A DNA stretch of 39,973 nt from NCBI GenBank assembly GCA_030141605.1, contig JAQGDQ010001460.1, positions 1 to 39,973 on the forward strand. Direction: 5' to 3'. The position numbers and the translations under genes were made by a program. Positions 1-15,797 of the stretch are shown one piece after another. The DNA comes from Tubiluchus corallicola (taxonomy: Eukaryota > Animalia > Priapulida). Each line of letters opens with the position of its first letter. The stretch's first letter is position 1. Below the pieces are notes generated by a model that did not search any database, was not told the DNA's origin, and worked only from the letters and a program-made list of their open reading frames with translations.

Positions 1-361
<361 letters not shown>

Positions 362-368
362 TGTTGCC

Positions 369-2250
<1,882 letters not shown>

Positions 2251-2252
2251 CT

Positions 2253-2363
2253 ATTCCCCACACAATTTAAATACCCACCAAATACAAGCCTTAACGCCAA
2301 CCCTAATCCTAACCCTAATCCACCCTAATTCTTATCCTAGCTGTAATTTCTTGTGTGGGGAAT
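2253..2363. repeat. Small inverted-repeat element enclosing telomere-like CCCTAA repeats
   Basis: Perfect 13-bp inverted repeat ATTCCCCACACAA (2253-2265) / TTGTGTGGGGAAT (2351-2363) around degenerate CCCTAA/TCCTAA units. Confidence 0.55.
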
Positions 2364-2384
2364 TGTAAACTTTGGCCCAACTTG

Positions 2385-2628
2385 TAAAGTCGGCTTTTGG
2401 ATTAACAATTAACATTAGTTCACGAGTTTTTTCAGACTGTAAATAACAAACTACAATTACGTAACACAGACTATTATTGCCCACACTTTTACCCTAAATG
2501 TCATGCGTCAGGCAGGGCAACAGCAGGTACAATCTTTAAAGTTCTTGGTGCGACCGGGCAGCTGTATCGAACCCACGACCTCTCAGACCGAAAGCGGATG
2601 CGTTACCACTAGACTAAACCGTCTCGTC
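2385..2628 (-). mobile_element. tRNA-derived SINE, copy 1
   Basis: The minus strand has A-box-like TAGTCTAGTGG and B-box-like GGTTCGATAC, and aligns over its length with 36062-36300. Confidence 0.85.
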
Positions 2629-2650
2629 CAAAGTTTACTTGTCTGTCTAA

Positions 2651-2797
2651 ACTAGGTAAAGTTCTAGCTAGCTGTTAAACTGTCACTATTACAATAGCAT
2701 GGGCTACGAGGCGTTGTCAAGTGTACACAAATGCGTTGTCTGGTACACTTATCCTTTGACGTTTTGAGGAGCATCAATTGCTGGAACTATGAAAAGG
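2651..2797 (+). repeat. Unclassified dispersed repeat, ~145 bp (second copy 37019-37169)
   Basis: Shared ACTAGGTAA.GTTCTAGCTAG...TTGTCAAGTGTACACAAATGC.TTGTCTGGTA...GCTGGAACT. Confidence 0.8.
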
Positions 2798-3067
2798 CTT
2801 AGTAGTGTCATTTTAAGTAATGCTTGACCTCAGTCATTTGTTTTATCGAGGAACATATGCCAAGTGTTGCACTTCAAAGAAGATTTCAACTTCGCAACTT
2901 TTACCGTTATTTTACAAATCAACTTCGCAAAATCAATTAACTAAACTAAATCGTTTGATGATAAAAGAAGCAAGCCTAATGTTGAAAAGCTTACCACTCC
3001 TGATCTAGACAAGCTGCTACACGATGTTTAAACCACAGAGTGCAGGTCGCTGGTTACAAATTCTGCA

Positions 3068-3526
3068 CTTGTCAGTATCAGACACTGGTGGTCCGAATCA
3101 GAGGGCTTGTCTGTAGCAGACACTGGTGGTCCGAATCAGAGGGCTTGTCTGTAGCAGACACTGGTGGTCCGAATCAGAGGGCTTGTCTGTAGCAGACACT
3201 GGTGGTCCGAATCAGAGGCTTGTCTGTAGCAGACACTGGTGGTCCGAATCAGAGGGCTTGTCTGTAGCAGACACTGGTGGTCCGAATCAGAGGGCTTGTC
3301 TGTAGCAGACACTGGTGGTCCGAATCAGAGGGCTTGTCAGTATCAGACACTGGTGGTCCGAATCAGAGGGCTTGTCAGTATCAGACACTGGTGGTCCGAA
3401 TCAGAGGGCTTGTCAGTATCAGACACTGGTGGTCCGAATCAGAGGCCTTGTCTGTAGCAGACACTGGTGGTCCGAATCAGAGGGCTTGTCTGTAGCAGAC
3501 ACTGGTGGTCCGAATCAGAGGGCTTG
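3068..3526. repeat. 38-bp minisatellite, ~12 copies
   Basis: Unit CTTGTC(TGTAG/AGTAT)CAGACACTGGTGGTCCGAATCAGAGGG, head-to-tail with no spacers. Confidence 0.97.
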
Positions 3527-3589
3527 TTTACTCGATCCGACAGAAATCAACAAACACTGACACGTTCCTCACTGCAGGAAAGTCGCCCC

Positions 3590-4044
3590 CTTTTCCTTCT
3601 CCTAGACTAGATGTATTTTGAGAAAGCGTTCCTTTTTTCTTCCTTCTCCTAGACGAGATGCGTTTCTAGAGAGCGTTCCTCTCTTCCTTCTCCTTGACTA
3701 GATGTATTTGGAGAAAGCATTCCTCTCGTTCTTCTCCTAGGCTAGACGGGTTTCCAGAGAGCGCTCCTATCTTTCTTTTCCTAGACAATATGCATTTCCA
3801 GCGAGAGTTCTTCTCCTAGACTAAATGTGTTTCCAGAGAGCATTCCTTGTTTTCTTCTCCTAGACTAGATGTGTTTCTAGGGATCGTTAATTTCTTTCTT
3901 TTCCTAGACGAGATGTCTTTCCAGAGACCGTTTGTCTTTTCCTTCTCCTTGACTAGACGTGCTTCCAGAAAGAGTTCATCTTTTCCTTCTCCTAGACTAG
4001 ATGTGTTTCTAGAGAGCGTTCCTTTTTTCCTTCCCCTAGACTAG
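3590..4044. repeat. Degenerate ~45-50-bp minisatellite, ~9-10 copies
   Basis: Recurrent TTCCTTCTCCTAGACTAGATGTGTTTCTAGAGAGCGTTCC-like units. Confidence 0.88.
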
Positions 4045-4796
4045 GCACTCCTCTTCTCATTTTCTTATAAACAGCAAGCAACTCAGAATTGTAAAACATC
4101 TGCTAGTTTACAACTTTATCTGCATGAGATGATTTGCTTAAAAAAGAGGAAGTATTCCTTTTTAGGAGGAAGTTTTTAACCTCGACGTTGATAACCCAGT
4201 AAGAGATGATTGACTAGTGCACTCGTCATCAAAAAGTGGAGGTAGTCTGATTAGCCGATGTGCTGGAAGATGACAAAGAATTAAAACGAATATCTAGGCT
4301 TCTAGTAAACACCAAAATATATCAGTAAGATGGTCATTATTTAATAATATTATGCTACTTAGTGCGTTTAATGTCCGTAACGATTAGTTTGAGGTAAGGT
4401 GAATGCTCTAATGGCCATGGCGCGTGCTTCACTACAGATTTAAACAACATAGTAAGTGGTCAGTGTATGATTCTTGACAGACACTCAAATCACTATAGTT
4501 GAACCGTTATACTGTAGTCAAACATGGCTAAAAGACCTGCCTGTCCAGTATCTCAACTCAGAGGATTGTCCTTTATGATGAACAGATTCCTGTCCTGCCA
4601 CATACATGTACACTGATCAAACAGTAGTGCTGAATACTAGGTTCCAGTCCCGAAGTATACACAAAAATTAAGCCTGGCTTGCCAGCCTGTCTTAAGATCA
4701 GTAAGTATTTCCCGAAGTCACTCCGATCCAAATGTTGATTTGGGGAACTAACCCCATTCCTGGTTTAAGTTTTAAAACACGAAAAGAACCTCTTAC

Positions 4797-5230
4797 CAGT
4801 GAAGGAAAATGAAGACTAGAGATTTACAGCATAAACTAAATCAACTCCCACGGTTTCTAGTATCAACATCAACTCTCCAACGTACTGATACATCGTAACG
4901 TTTTCACACAAATCTATGATTACTCTCACATATCCCCCGTGGTCACCTTACTCGCTTGACCCCAGGCTGACCAACGTCGCGGGGCTCAGGGGAAAACCTG
5001 AGCCTACCGACGCCGCTTTCGAGGAACGGTAAAAAGAGGTGACGAAGTGAAAAGGGAAGGATTAATTACTAACTACACGCAGATGAGTTTAGAATTGATA
5101 AATGACTCCCTGGTAATGACGGTAGGGAGAGCTTCCAGAAAATAGAACGTTATCTACAGCACCACCAGTGTTTAACACAATTGAACATTCTCATCGCAAT
5201 GCTGTGAATGTTGACGAATTGTGATTGGCT
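4797..5230 (-). promoter_or_regulatory. Candidate promoter and non-coding exon on the minus strand
   Basis: CpG-rich unique sequence, CCAAT box (AGCCAATC on minus, 5223-5230) and donor CTG|GTAAGA at 4797/4796. Confidence 0.3.
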
Positions 5231-6222
5231 GTTGCGTATTTCAGTTTCTCGCTTCACGGCGTGGGATAAGATTCGATCCGAATCTCGGGCGCTTAAGATT
5301 TTGCCCCCCTCCTGTGAATGGTGCCGCCCTGTGTTTTTCGACACCCTAGTTCATATCTTTTCCATCTTTTAGCTGCTTGTTTTGCTCGTGAAATCGGCAC
5401 AGATTCGGCGCGATCAAGACGACCTGCAGCTCTTCAGATGCGCGAGATGAGACTGCGCACGTTTTTTTATTTAGTTCATTAACTCGTTAGACCATGTCCT
5501 CGTTTTACCAAGAAAAGAACACTACCAATTTAGGCTACCAGACAAGTTTATAAGCCAACGTTCAGCACTGGCAACGTTAAAATTTTCAGTAACGATAATT
5601 AAACTTATAGTTTTCGTTCATTTAGTCAGTATGTTAGTCAGTGAGTTACCCAGTGTGTCGATCAGATAACCATGTTAAGTTCAAATAGTCAGTCAGTCTG
5701 TAAGCACTGCATTAAGCCCGAAAGGGGTAGCTTGTAAGAAAGTTAATCAATGAATCAATTACTCAGTCAGTTAGTCAGTCAGTCAAGTACCATTATCAGT
5801 TATTTAACCAGAAAATTTAGTCATAACATATAACTAAATCTAACTAAACTGCTTTGCAAAACAGAATAATATTATCTGTATAATTTTTTTTCAAGAAATC
5901 AACTCCCTGTCCAATATTAGCAATCGTTTACTTCGACTAACAACTTCCTTTGGCGGAATATCGTAAATCTTTTTTGTTCCCAGAAGGTAAAGGGTTAACG
6001 TTGATGCATTAACACAACCTCTAAATGACATTAACGACGCGGATTGATACAGACATTAATCACGTGACATCCAAGCACAAGTTTTCCGAGCAAAAGAATG
6101 GAAGTTAAAACGACGTAAAGAAATTAAAGCCTGATTATTTTACACTGTTAATTAGAAGAAATGTCGTTGATTTAGGCCCTTTAATAAGCTATACATGTTA
6201 CCAAGTGATAGCATGAAAAAAT

Positions 6223-6567
6223 AGTTAAAAATTAGACAGTATCATTGCTAAAACAAGCAGAAAAGCCGAGTTCGAATCCCAGCAAGTGAAGAAATAATTA
6301 TCCGTCAGTTAAAAAATAGACAGTATCATTGCTAAAACAAGCAGAAAAGCCGAGTTCGAATCCCAGTTTGTGCAGAAATAATTATCCATCAGTTAAAAAA
6401 TAGACAGTATCATTGCTAAAGAAGCAGAAAAGCCGAGTTCGAATCCCAGCAAGTGAAGAAATAATGATCCATCAGTTAAGAAATAGACAGTATCATTGCT
6501 AAAACAAGCAGAAAAGCCGAGTTCGAATCCCGGTTTGTGCAGAAATAATTATCCATCAGTTAAAAAA
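6223..6567 (+). repeat. 84-bp tandem repeat x4, each unit with a Pol III B-box
   Basis: TAGACAGTATCATTGC at 6233, 6317, 6401 and 6484; each unit contains GAGTTCGAATCC; two variants alternate ABAB. Confidence 0.93.
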
Positions 6568-6679
6568 TCTTACTGAGATTCAGTCAGTAAACTTCGCCTA
6601 AACTTATGCAAGAACTTCGCTTAAGCAGAGCAAAACAGAAGATGCAGTCGAACAGATAAACAAACAGACTTCAACATAC

Positions 6680-6944
6680 CATGATCAGCAATTCCATTCT
6701 TATCCCAGCATCCGCATCTTTAATTCTTATCCGCAGCAGCAGATGAGGATTCTTCCTTGCTGAAAGTAATATAATCCCGGTACTTGCTGGCTGCACTATC
6801 GCGTGAATAAACAGCGAGTAACTACACGAATAATAAACTTGTAATGATGAGGATGAGGAAGCTGAGATCAGATAGGGATGATGTGAGATGCATCTACAAG
6901 TACGGAGGCACAACAATCTCAAGCTGCTCTACACACAACACTGA
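6680..6944 (-). other. Candidate first exon ending ATG|GTATGT (possible peptide MELLIM)
   Basis: Inr-like TCAGT at 6944-6940, donor at 6680/6679 and CpG-rich upstream region 6950-7450. Confidence 0.35.
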
Positions 6945-7545
6945 CTGCTGAGTAGCTATGACTCCTAGACCAGCGCGACGAGCATTGGACCGTGGAGGAA
7001 AATAAGCCATCAAAACCCGCAAATGACCACTGACTGACCAGATGACCAGCCGGGCTGGCTGTAGCGGAAAGTAAACACTTGTCTGCCTGCTGGATTTAGC
7101 CTTTCACCCGCCTCTAATTTACCCGGTGGTCAGTCCGTACTTATCCTCAATTTTCCATGCACGATAGCCATTGTCCAGCGCCAGAAGCAGTTGAAGTACA
7201 AACTCCACCGGACAATGGTCAAGCGAGGTTCCCACCGCGGCGATGATTGCACGTAAATATGGGGGGATAAGTGAGCGAATACAATCGAGTATTAGATAAG
7301 CCAGCTTTGGACATAAAGGTGCCCTGCTAGGTATAGACGACTTCTAGACAGATGCTCTTCCCAGGAAGATGCAAATTACAGGCGAGAGAAACAAATCTGC
7401 GCAGATGCAGCACCTAATATACCTCAATTTGGTCGCTAAGCTCTAGGCCCACCTTAATTACTCATTAATTATGCAAATAAATGATTGAGGTTTGCAGGTT
7501 TGTTCAAATTAATGTCTCTGAACTAACGTAGCCTTAATATGACTT

Positions 7546-7614
7546 CAGTGGCGTAGCTAGGTCGGGGAGGGGGGCAGTTAATCCCGGGGGCCACAAGTTC
7601 TAGCTACGCCATTG
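7546..7614. mobile_element. 69-bp hAT-like mini-MITE
   Basis: 15-bp TIR CAGTGGCGTAGCTAG / CTAGCTACGCCATTG (14/15 match); no clear target-site duplication. Confidence 0.65.
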
Positions 7615-7869
7615 ACACAAAATAAAGCTTTCATAAACAATGAAGATGGTCAGAGAAATACAGGCGTAAAGTTTCCTTCAATCAAGTAAAATATCTAGTT
7701 TTCAAGTTTTTGCCATGTTATGGAATTGCCGTTACTTTAAAAAGAATATAGAACTAAAAGGTTCATAGGGCACTACGGTAAAAGGTACAAAAACAGCAAG
7801 TGTACAAGTATTGTGTGGGACTTACATATGTGTGTAACAGAGAAGGGTGGGAGGAACAAAGTAACAGAG

Positions 7870-8498
<629 letters not shown>

Positions 8499-9520
8499 AC
8501 GCGCTAAATTAAACATCTAATAGAAAACTAAACATTTCAGTAAAATAAGGTGACATTTTAATGCTTTGCCCTACTACAGCAACTTCTAGTTAGACATGTC
8601 ATAATTACTAGAGAAAAACACGATGATGGGTGAACGTGATGCAAAGAAAAGCTCATCTTCCCACAATGCATTTCGCGTGCTAAAAGACCAAGAACAAATG
8701 ACTTACAGACATTCTCAGACATTCAAACATTAATTATTTACATGAACCTGTCAGTGACCTAGTAAAACTTACCTGCAATTCACTTTAATCAAGCTGCCAG
8801 GTGTGCAAGAGGCTGCAGACCATATCCACTTACAACCAACACCTTACATAAGAACAGCTAACAATCCAAACAAGAAGGTATTCTGAGACCGGTCCAGAAA
8901 CAGACATTCCTTCCCCAAATCTCTTTCCCACCCCCAAAACCACAGACAGAAAAGTGGGTAATTTACTGCAAACAATCTGAATCTACACGGCATTGTGGGA
9001 TATCTGGGCTCATGATCATCACCCCCTCTGGCGGGAGGGGGGTATTGCACAACGTCTTGTTGCACAAACACAGGTAACGCAAATACTTCTGAATAGAGAC
9101 GTCCTTGAACCAGCCATCTGCAAAGTACCAACTACATCTTACCTGGTACAGGTAAATATTATCATATTTGCACAGGTATAGACGGGTAACTTTGTCCCTC
9201 GGATGCGGATGCTGACACAATAATTAGAAGCAGCAAAGCGGGTATAAAAATCTCATAAATTCATCCAACGTTGCACCTTTCCCGGGTCATACCTGTCGGT
9301 CTATTGTGATTAATTACACACCTCACCTGCATGACTCTGCCTGCACGTTACACACCTGGGGATGATGTACAATGCTTGTCTGTTTATTACTGACTAAATG
9401 ATGCAGTCTTGACGTCTGCTAGGTTTATGATACCAGGACCTGCGGTAAAATCTGTGTGTTTGTGTAGTATATGACTACAGACACGTGCCAGAATCAGTGT
9501 TCTTGGCGGGGGGGGGGGGG

Positions 9521-11148
<1,628 letters not shown>

Positions 11149-11159
11149 GTTAGCTACTA

Positions 11160-11411
11160 CTAAAATTAGCTACCTACTCTTTCTGCAATAACTTATTATA
11201 CTCTTGATGAAGACTGACAGTTTGCTATTTTTCTTTAAGACAAATGACGTCATTGGAAGGAGAATAGGCATTCAAGGATAAAGTGATCGCGACTTCAAAG
11301 TGATTTTACTAATCACACGAGGCGCTTGTTGCAGTTTTATTACTAAATTCTTCTAGCATTTTTCACGAACATTGAAATAAGCCTGACCCCCTAGACGGTT
11401 TGACCTTTCCT
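11160..11411 (+). mobile_element. Family A, 3' fragment
   Basis: Aligns to ~835-1101; ends TGACCTTTCCT-TTAA. Confidence 0.82.
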
Positions 11412-11601
11412 TTAACACTGACCAGAACACTTTGACATTATTTTATTTCACGTTAAAGTGTATTTTTGCCATACTTCAAAATGAGGTAGGAGATGCGAAA
11501 AATCATGTTGTTTTCCTTTAATAACAAATGATGAAATTTAAAAGCACGTGTCGAAAAATATCAGTAACACTTGAAGGTAACAAGTTACAATAGTTATTTA
11601 A

Positions 11602-12200
11602 AAGAGGACAGGATGATTTTTCATATGCTACCCCATTTTCATGTCCAATAGAAAGTATACATTTTAACACAATTAATACTACAAAAGCGTTTCTGATAAT
11701 TAAATAATAGATTAAAGACTTAATTAACAACGAGCGAGTCCAACTATTCATGACATCACAAACTAACATAATTTTCAACAGCAAAAATATTCCATGAGTG
11801 TGTTGCATGTGTTTGCAAAAGAGAAAATTTAAGTACAGTGCTACTGTAAGATATTCAGTGTGCTGTACTAAAACTAGGCAAGTTTAAGATAAAAATTTAA
11901 ATTTCAAATTTACCACTGTGCTCACGCATGAGCTGTCGAACGTGTGTAGTTCGTTACAAACTAACACATCTGAAATGAGAGGTACAGCACCTGTTTTTTG
12001 TGCAAAACATTTCCGAAATGCAGGTGCTTATGCCCGTCTAACTAGCGAATGGCGAAATGCAGGTAACAGCAAAGAATTAGTGGCGCGAACGTGAAATTGT
12101 GTTTGTGTGGTAATAATTCTTTCACGTAAGTCATTTTTGAAAAATAGTTCCTTTCAATATTTTAAAGAATAGATTGTTTTGACCTAAAGTTTAAGATTGG
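11602..12200 (+). mobile_element. Kolobok-like family C element, near full-length
   Basis: Aligns throughout with 32215-32821; preceded by TTAA. Confidence 0.78.
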
Positions 12201-12899
12201 CTCCCGTTTTGTTTCAATAATGCCGACATTTTCAAAAGGATGAAAACTTTTACTGTCTGTGACAGAGGCCTGCATTGGTGGTTGTTCATTCATTGTCTCG
12301 ACATTTGCACAGATTGCGACAACTTACACAGATGTTCATGCGCAACTAACTGTTTGTAGTGTGCTACCGTCAAATAACTGCAGTTTTTTTCAAAGTTAGA
12401 TAATAAGTTGATTTCATAAAAAGAAGTAAAGGAAAACACCCAGAAAGAAAAGAAAACGAAAACCCAAGCAAAGCAGGAATAAGAAAGGAGAAAATAAGAA
12501 AGAAAGTAAAAAATGATAGAAGGAACAAAATGCAAAGAAACCATTGATGTTTGCCATTAATGTGATACTCCCAGGTCCATCTTTATAGAGGAGTTCGCAA
12601 ACAACTGTTTGTAGCGTGCTAGTGTCATCCCAAAGAAATAAACTGCAGTTCAACGTTACAAGAGCAATTTGAGTAAATAACAAGAAGAAAAGAAAAAGCA
12701 TGAGAAAGAACAGAAAGCAAAAAACTAATAATGCAAGCTTAAAAAAGAAAAAAGAAGGAAAACAAGTAAAAACGAACAAAAAAGAAACAAACAAATAAAA
12801 TTACAAAGACACAAGAAGTGAAAAAAGCTGTTTGCAGGAAGTAAAGCATCAAAGAGAGAAAAACGAAAAAGAAAAAAGAAGAAAGAAAAGGACGAAAAG

Positions 12900-13378
12900 A
12901 GGCAGAGAGGAAAGTAAATAAATGAAAAATTAAAGCAGGTGAAAGGTGAAGGAAAAAGAAGAGAAAAAAGAAAGAACTGAGGAAGGGAACGGCAGAGAAG
13001 AGGAAGAAAGGAAAGCAGGTGAAAGGTGAAGGAAAAAGAAAAGAAAAAGAAAGAACAGAGGAAGGGAAGGACAGAGAAGAGGGAGAAAGGAAAGTAAATA
13101 AATAGAAAAGCAAAGCAGGTGAAAGGTGGAGGAAAAGGAAGAGAAAAAAGAAAGAACTGAAGAAGGGAACGGCAGAGAAGAGGGAGAAAGGAAAGTAAAT
13201 AAATAGAAAAGTAAAGCAGGTGAAATGTGGAGGAAAAGGAAGAGAAAAAAAGAAAGAACTGAGGAAGGGAACGGCAGAGAAGAGGAAGAAAGGAAAGTAA
13301 ATAAATAAATAGAAAAGTAAAGCAGGTGAAAGGTGAAGGAAAAAGAAAAGAAAAAGCAAGAACAGAGGAAGGGAAGGA
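12900..13378. repeat. Purine-rich ~80-105-bp tandem repeat x5
   Basis: AAAGCAGGTGAAA(G/T)GTG recurs near 12932, 13012, 13112, 13213 and 13318. Confidence 0.9.
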
Positions 13379-13437
13379 TGCAGAACTGCACTGTTGTAAA
13401 AAATGCAAGCAAGAAGAAAACAAGCAAATAAACAAGA

Positions 13438-13492
13438 GCCAATCAAATGACGCAGTGCAAAACAACTTAACCAATCAGGAAACTCCTATAAA
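13438..13492 (+). promoter_or_regulatory. Promoter-like motif cluster (CCAAT x2, TGACG, TATAAA)
   Basis: CCAAT at 13439 and 13471, TGACG at 13448 and TATAAA at 13487. Confidence 0.3.
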
Positions 13493-14094
13493 TCTTATTA
13501 ACTGTTTTCCACAACACAAATAGCTGTATCTGTCTTCATTAGACACAAACAGTTCAAGCAGCAAGAAATAGATGAGCCACACAAAATGATTGATAAGAAT
13601 TGATCACTTTAAAACAAAGACACGTGGCGGACTAGCAGACAAAGGGCAGAACAATTGAACATTCGGTGGGATTATGGGATATCACATACACGTGGCGAGA
13701 TTCAAATCTAAATCATAAACCAAAGTCATTATTGTAAAAAAAGACATAAACTGGGAGTCGAGACTTGAAAATTGTAAAAAATTTAATGGCCACTGCCCTA
13801 GATTTTCATGTTACAGGCACCCTGGTCATGGATAATTCACCACATGTCTGACAGTTATTAAGATGGAAGAGACCAAGTCTGATTCCGTACAAGTGTCCGT
13901 TTTATAAGAAATTGCAAGCTGGGAAATGCTTCAACAATCGAAGAAGATTCGATGAAAACAAGGACAAACAGGCGAAGTTACAAAGAACGTGTTCTGGTCA
14001 TGCAAAATGTTCAGTAATGAATAGTTCAGTTCAGTTCAATAATGAATAGGTGCATATATCATAAGTAGCACAAATAGAATTAGTGGAATCACAG

Positions 14095-14338
14095 ACGCAG
14101 AGCAACAGTAAGAGCATCAACATCGACAACAACAAAGGTGACGACAGTAACAACAACAACAACATCAGTAAGAGGAGCAGCAGCGGCAGCAACAGCAACA
14201 GCAAGAACAACAACAATGACAACAACGACAACAATAACAATAACTATAAAAACAACAAAACAGCAACAACAACAGCGACAAAAACAACAACAACAAGAAC
14301 AGCAGCAGCAACCATAACGACGACGACGACAACAACAG
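14095..14338. repeat. Degenerate (AAC/AGC)n low-complexity tract
   Basis: Read directly. Confidence 0.85.
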
Positions 14339-14360
14339 AAGATTCTCTGCTCTGACATAC

Positions 14361-14382
14361 TGTCCATGCAACAGACTCCCAT
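14361..14382 (-). CDS. Candidate first coding micro-exon, MGVCCMD + 1 nt (phase 1)
   Basis: ACAC-ATG GGA GTC TGT TGC ATG GAC A|GTATGT; NRF1-like CGCATGCGCA upstream at 14758-14767; Gly2 plus Cys-Cys resembles a dual acylation signal. Confidence 0.4.
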
Positions 14383-15060
14383 GTGTTCTGCAGGCTGAAG
14401 ATCTTTGTTCCAGGGTACTTTTCTGTTAAATTGAGAAAAATGACCGGTGGTCTAAAAACAGCCACGGCGGTCAATCTGCACTGAGAACAAATGAGTTCTA
14501 ATGACGTTTTTCTGTGGCGCTTGAAAGCTATCGTACATTCCTCATCGGATCCCGAAAGTTTCTTAGAGGATGAACAATGTCAGAAGGTCTGGATATTGAT
14601 GACCAGAAATAAGTGACGGCAGACAGAAAGACAAATGGCTTCTTCCTCTGATCTGTTTAGCTGTAGTGAAACACGATGGCTTCTTCTGGGATCTCTGTTT
14701 TGCGAGTGGCTTCTCAACTTCTCAACAAAGTTTGGATTTCTGACAGTATTCTTTCCACGCATGCGCAAATATGTAATGCTTACACAGATAAAAGCTTTCA
14801 AAAATGAATGTAATTAGTTCCTAATCTTTGCACCACGAACGTAATGCAATTTCACATTACATTTTTAATTAACTAACAGTGCCACAGGAACAGTAACATG
14901 ATGTGATCTGCATATAGTATATGATTCAATATTAGAATACACAATACATTCCATTTTATGCCAATCCACCCATATTTTCCAATGCAATAAAGATGATAAA
15001 TTAACTTTTGACTCCTTGATTGCTGGAGAATACAAATTTTTATACTTTGAACACAGCTGA

Positions 15061-15139
<79 letters not shown>

Positions 15140-15270
15140 AAGAGAAAGAGGCAGAGAGAGAGAAAGAGAAAGAAAAGAGAGAGAGAGAGCAGAAAGCGAA
15201 AGGAGACAGAAAGAGATAGAGTGACAGAGAGAGAGAGCAGAAAGCGAAAGGAGACAGAAAGAGATAGAGT

Positions 15271-15360
<90 letters not shown>
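15061..15360. repeat. (GA)n microsatellite
   Basis: Read directly. Confidence 0.97.
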
Positions 15361-15364
<4 letters not shown>

Positions 15365-15797
15365 TTGAATAATTACCATGCAAAGTCAATTGGTGGCAAC
15401 TGAACACTGCTATTACTTACGTCACAAACTAACCACAGTTTGTGCAATGGCAGACATTTCTCCCGTGCATCAAGCACGTCTGCGTAAGCGAAGATTGCTA
15501 TAAAACGCTATAATGTGATGTCACGACAATGAGCTCTACGTCGCGCCGACGTCACAAACGAACACCACAGTTCATGATCATGCTTATCACGGTACCGTGC
15601 CTATTTGTCGGCCAGGGGAATGTGGCAAAAAGGCGTCATTGCCACTCCTAGCGGAACCGCTGAGCCACACGTAGGCCGCACATAGCTTTGAAGGTTTAAC
15701 AAAATCTAAAAGAGATCTTTTGTTATTTAATCTAAGATTTGATTTAAAAAAAGCTGTTGTAGTTTTCACTATTTTAGAACACACTTTATTTTGAACT
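15361..15797 (-). mobile_element. Kolobok-like family B, partial copy
   Basis: Reverse complement aligns with 28863-29280. Confidence 0.82.

Noticed and set aside
3068-3526. CRISPR array
   Set aside because: The 38-bp units are head-to-tail with no unique spacers, there are no cas genes, and the context is eukaryotic. The same applies to the 52-, 72- and 84-bp arrays.
8844-9220. ORFs of 85-95 aa as real genes
   Set aside because: No recognisable domain and non-ATG starts; the region is better explained as a motif cluster.
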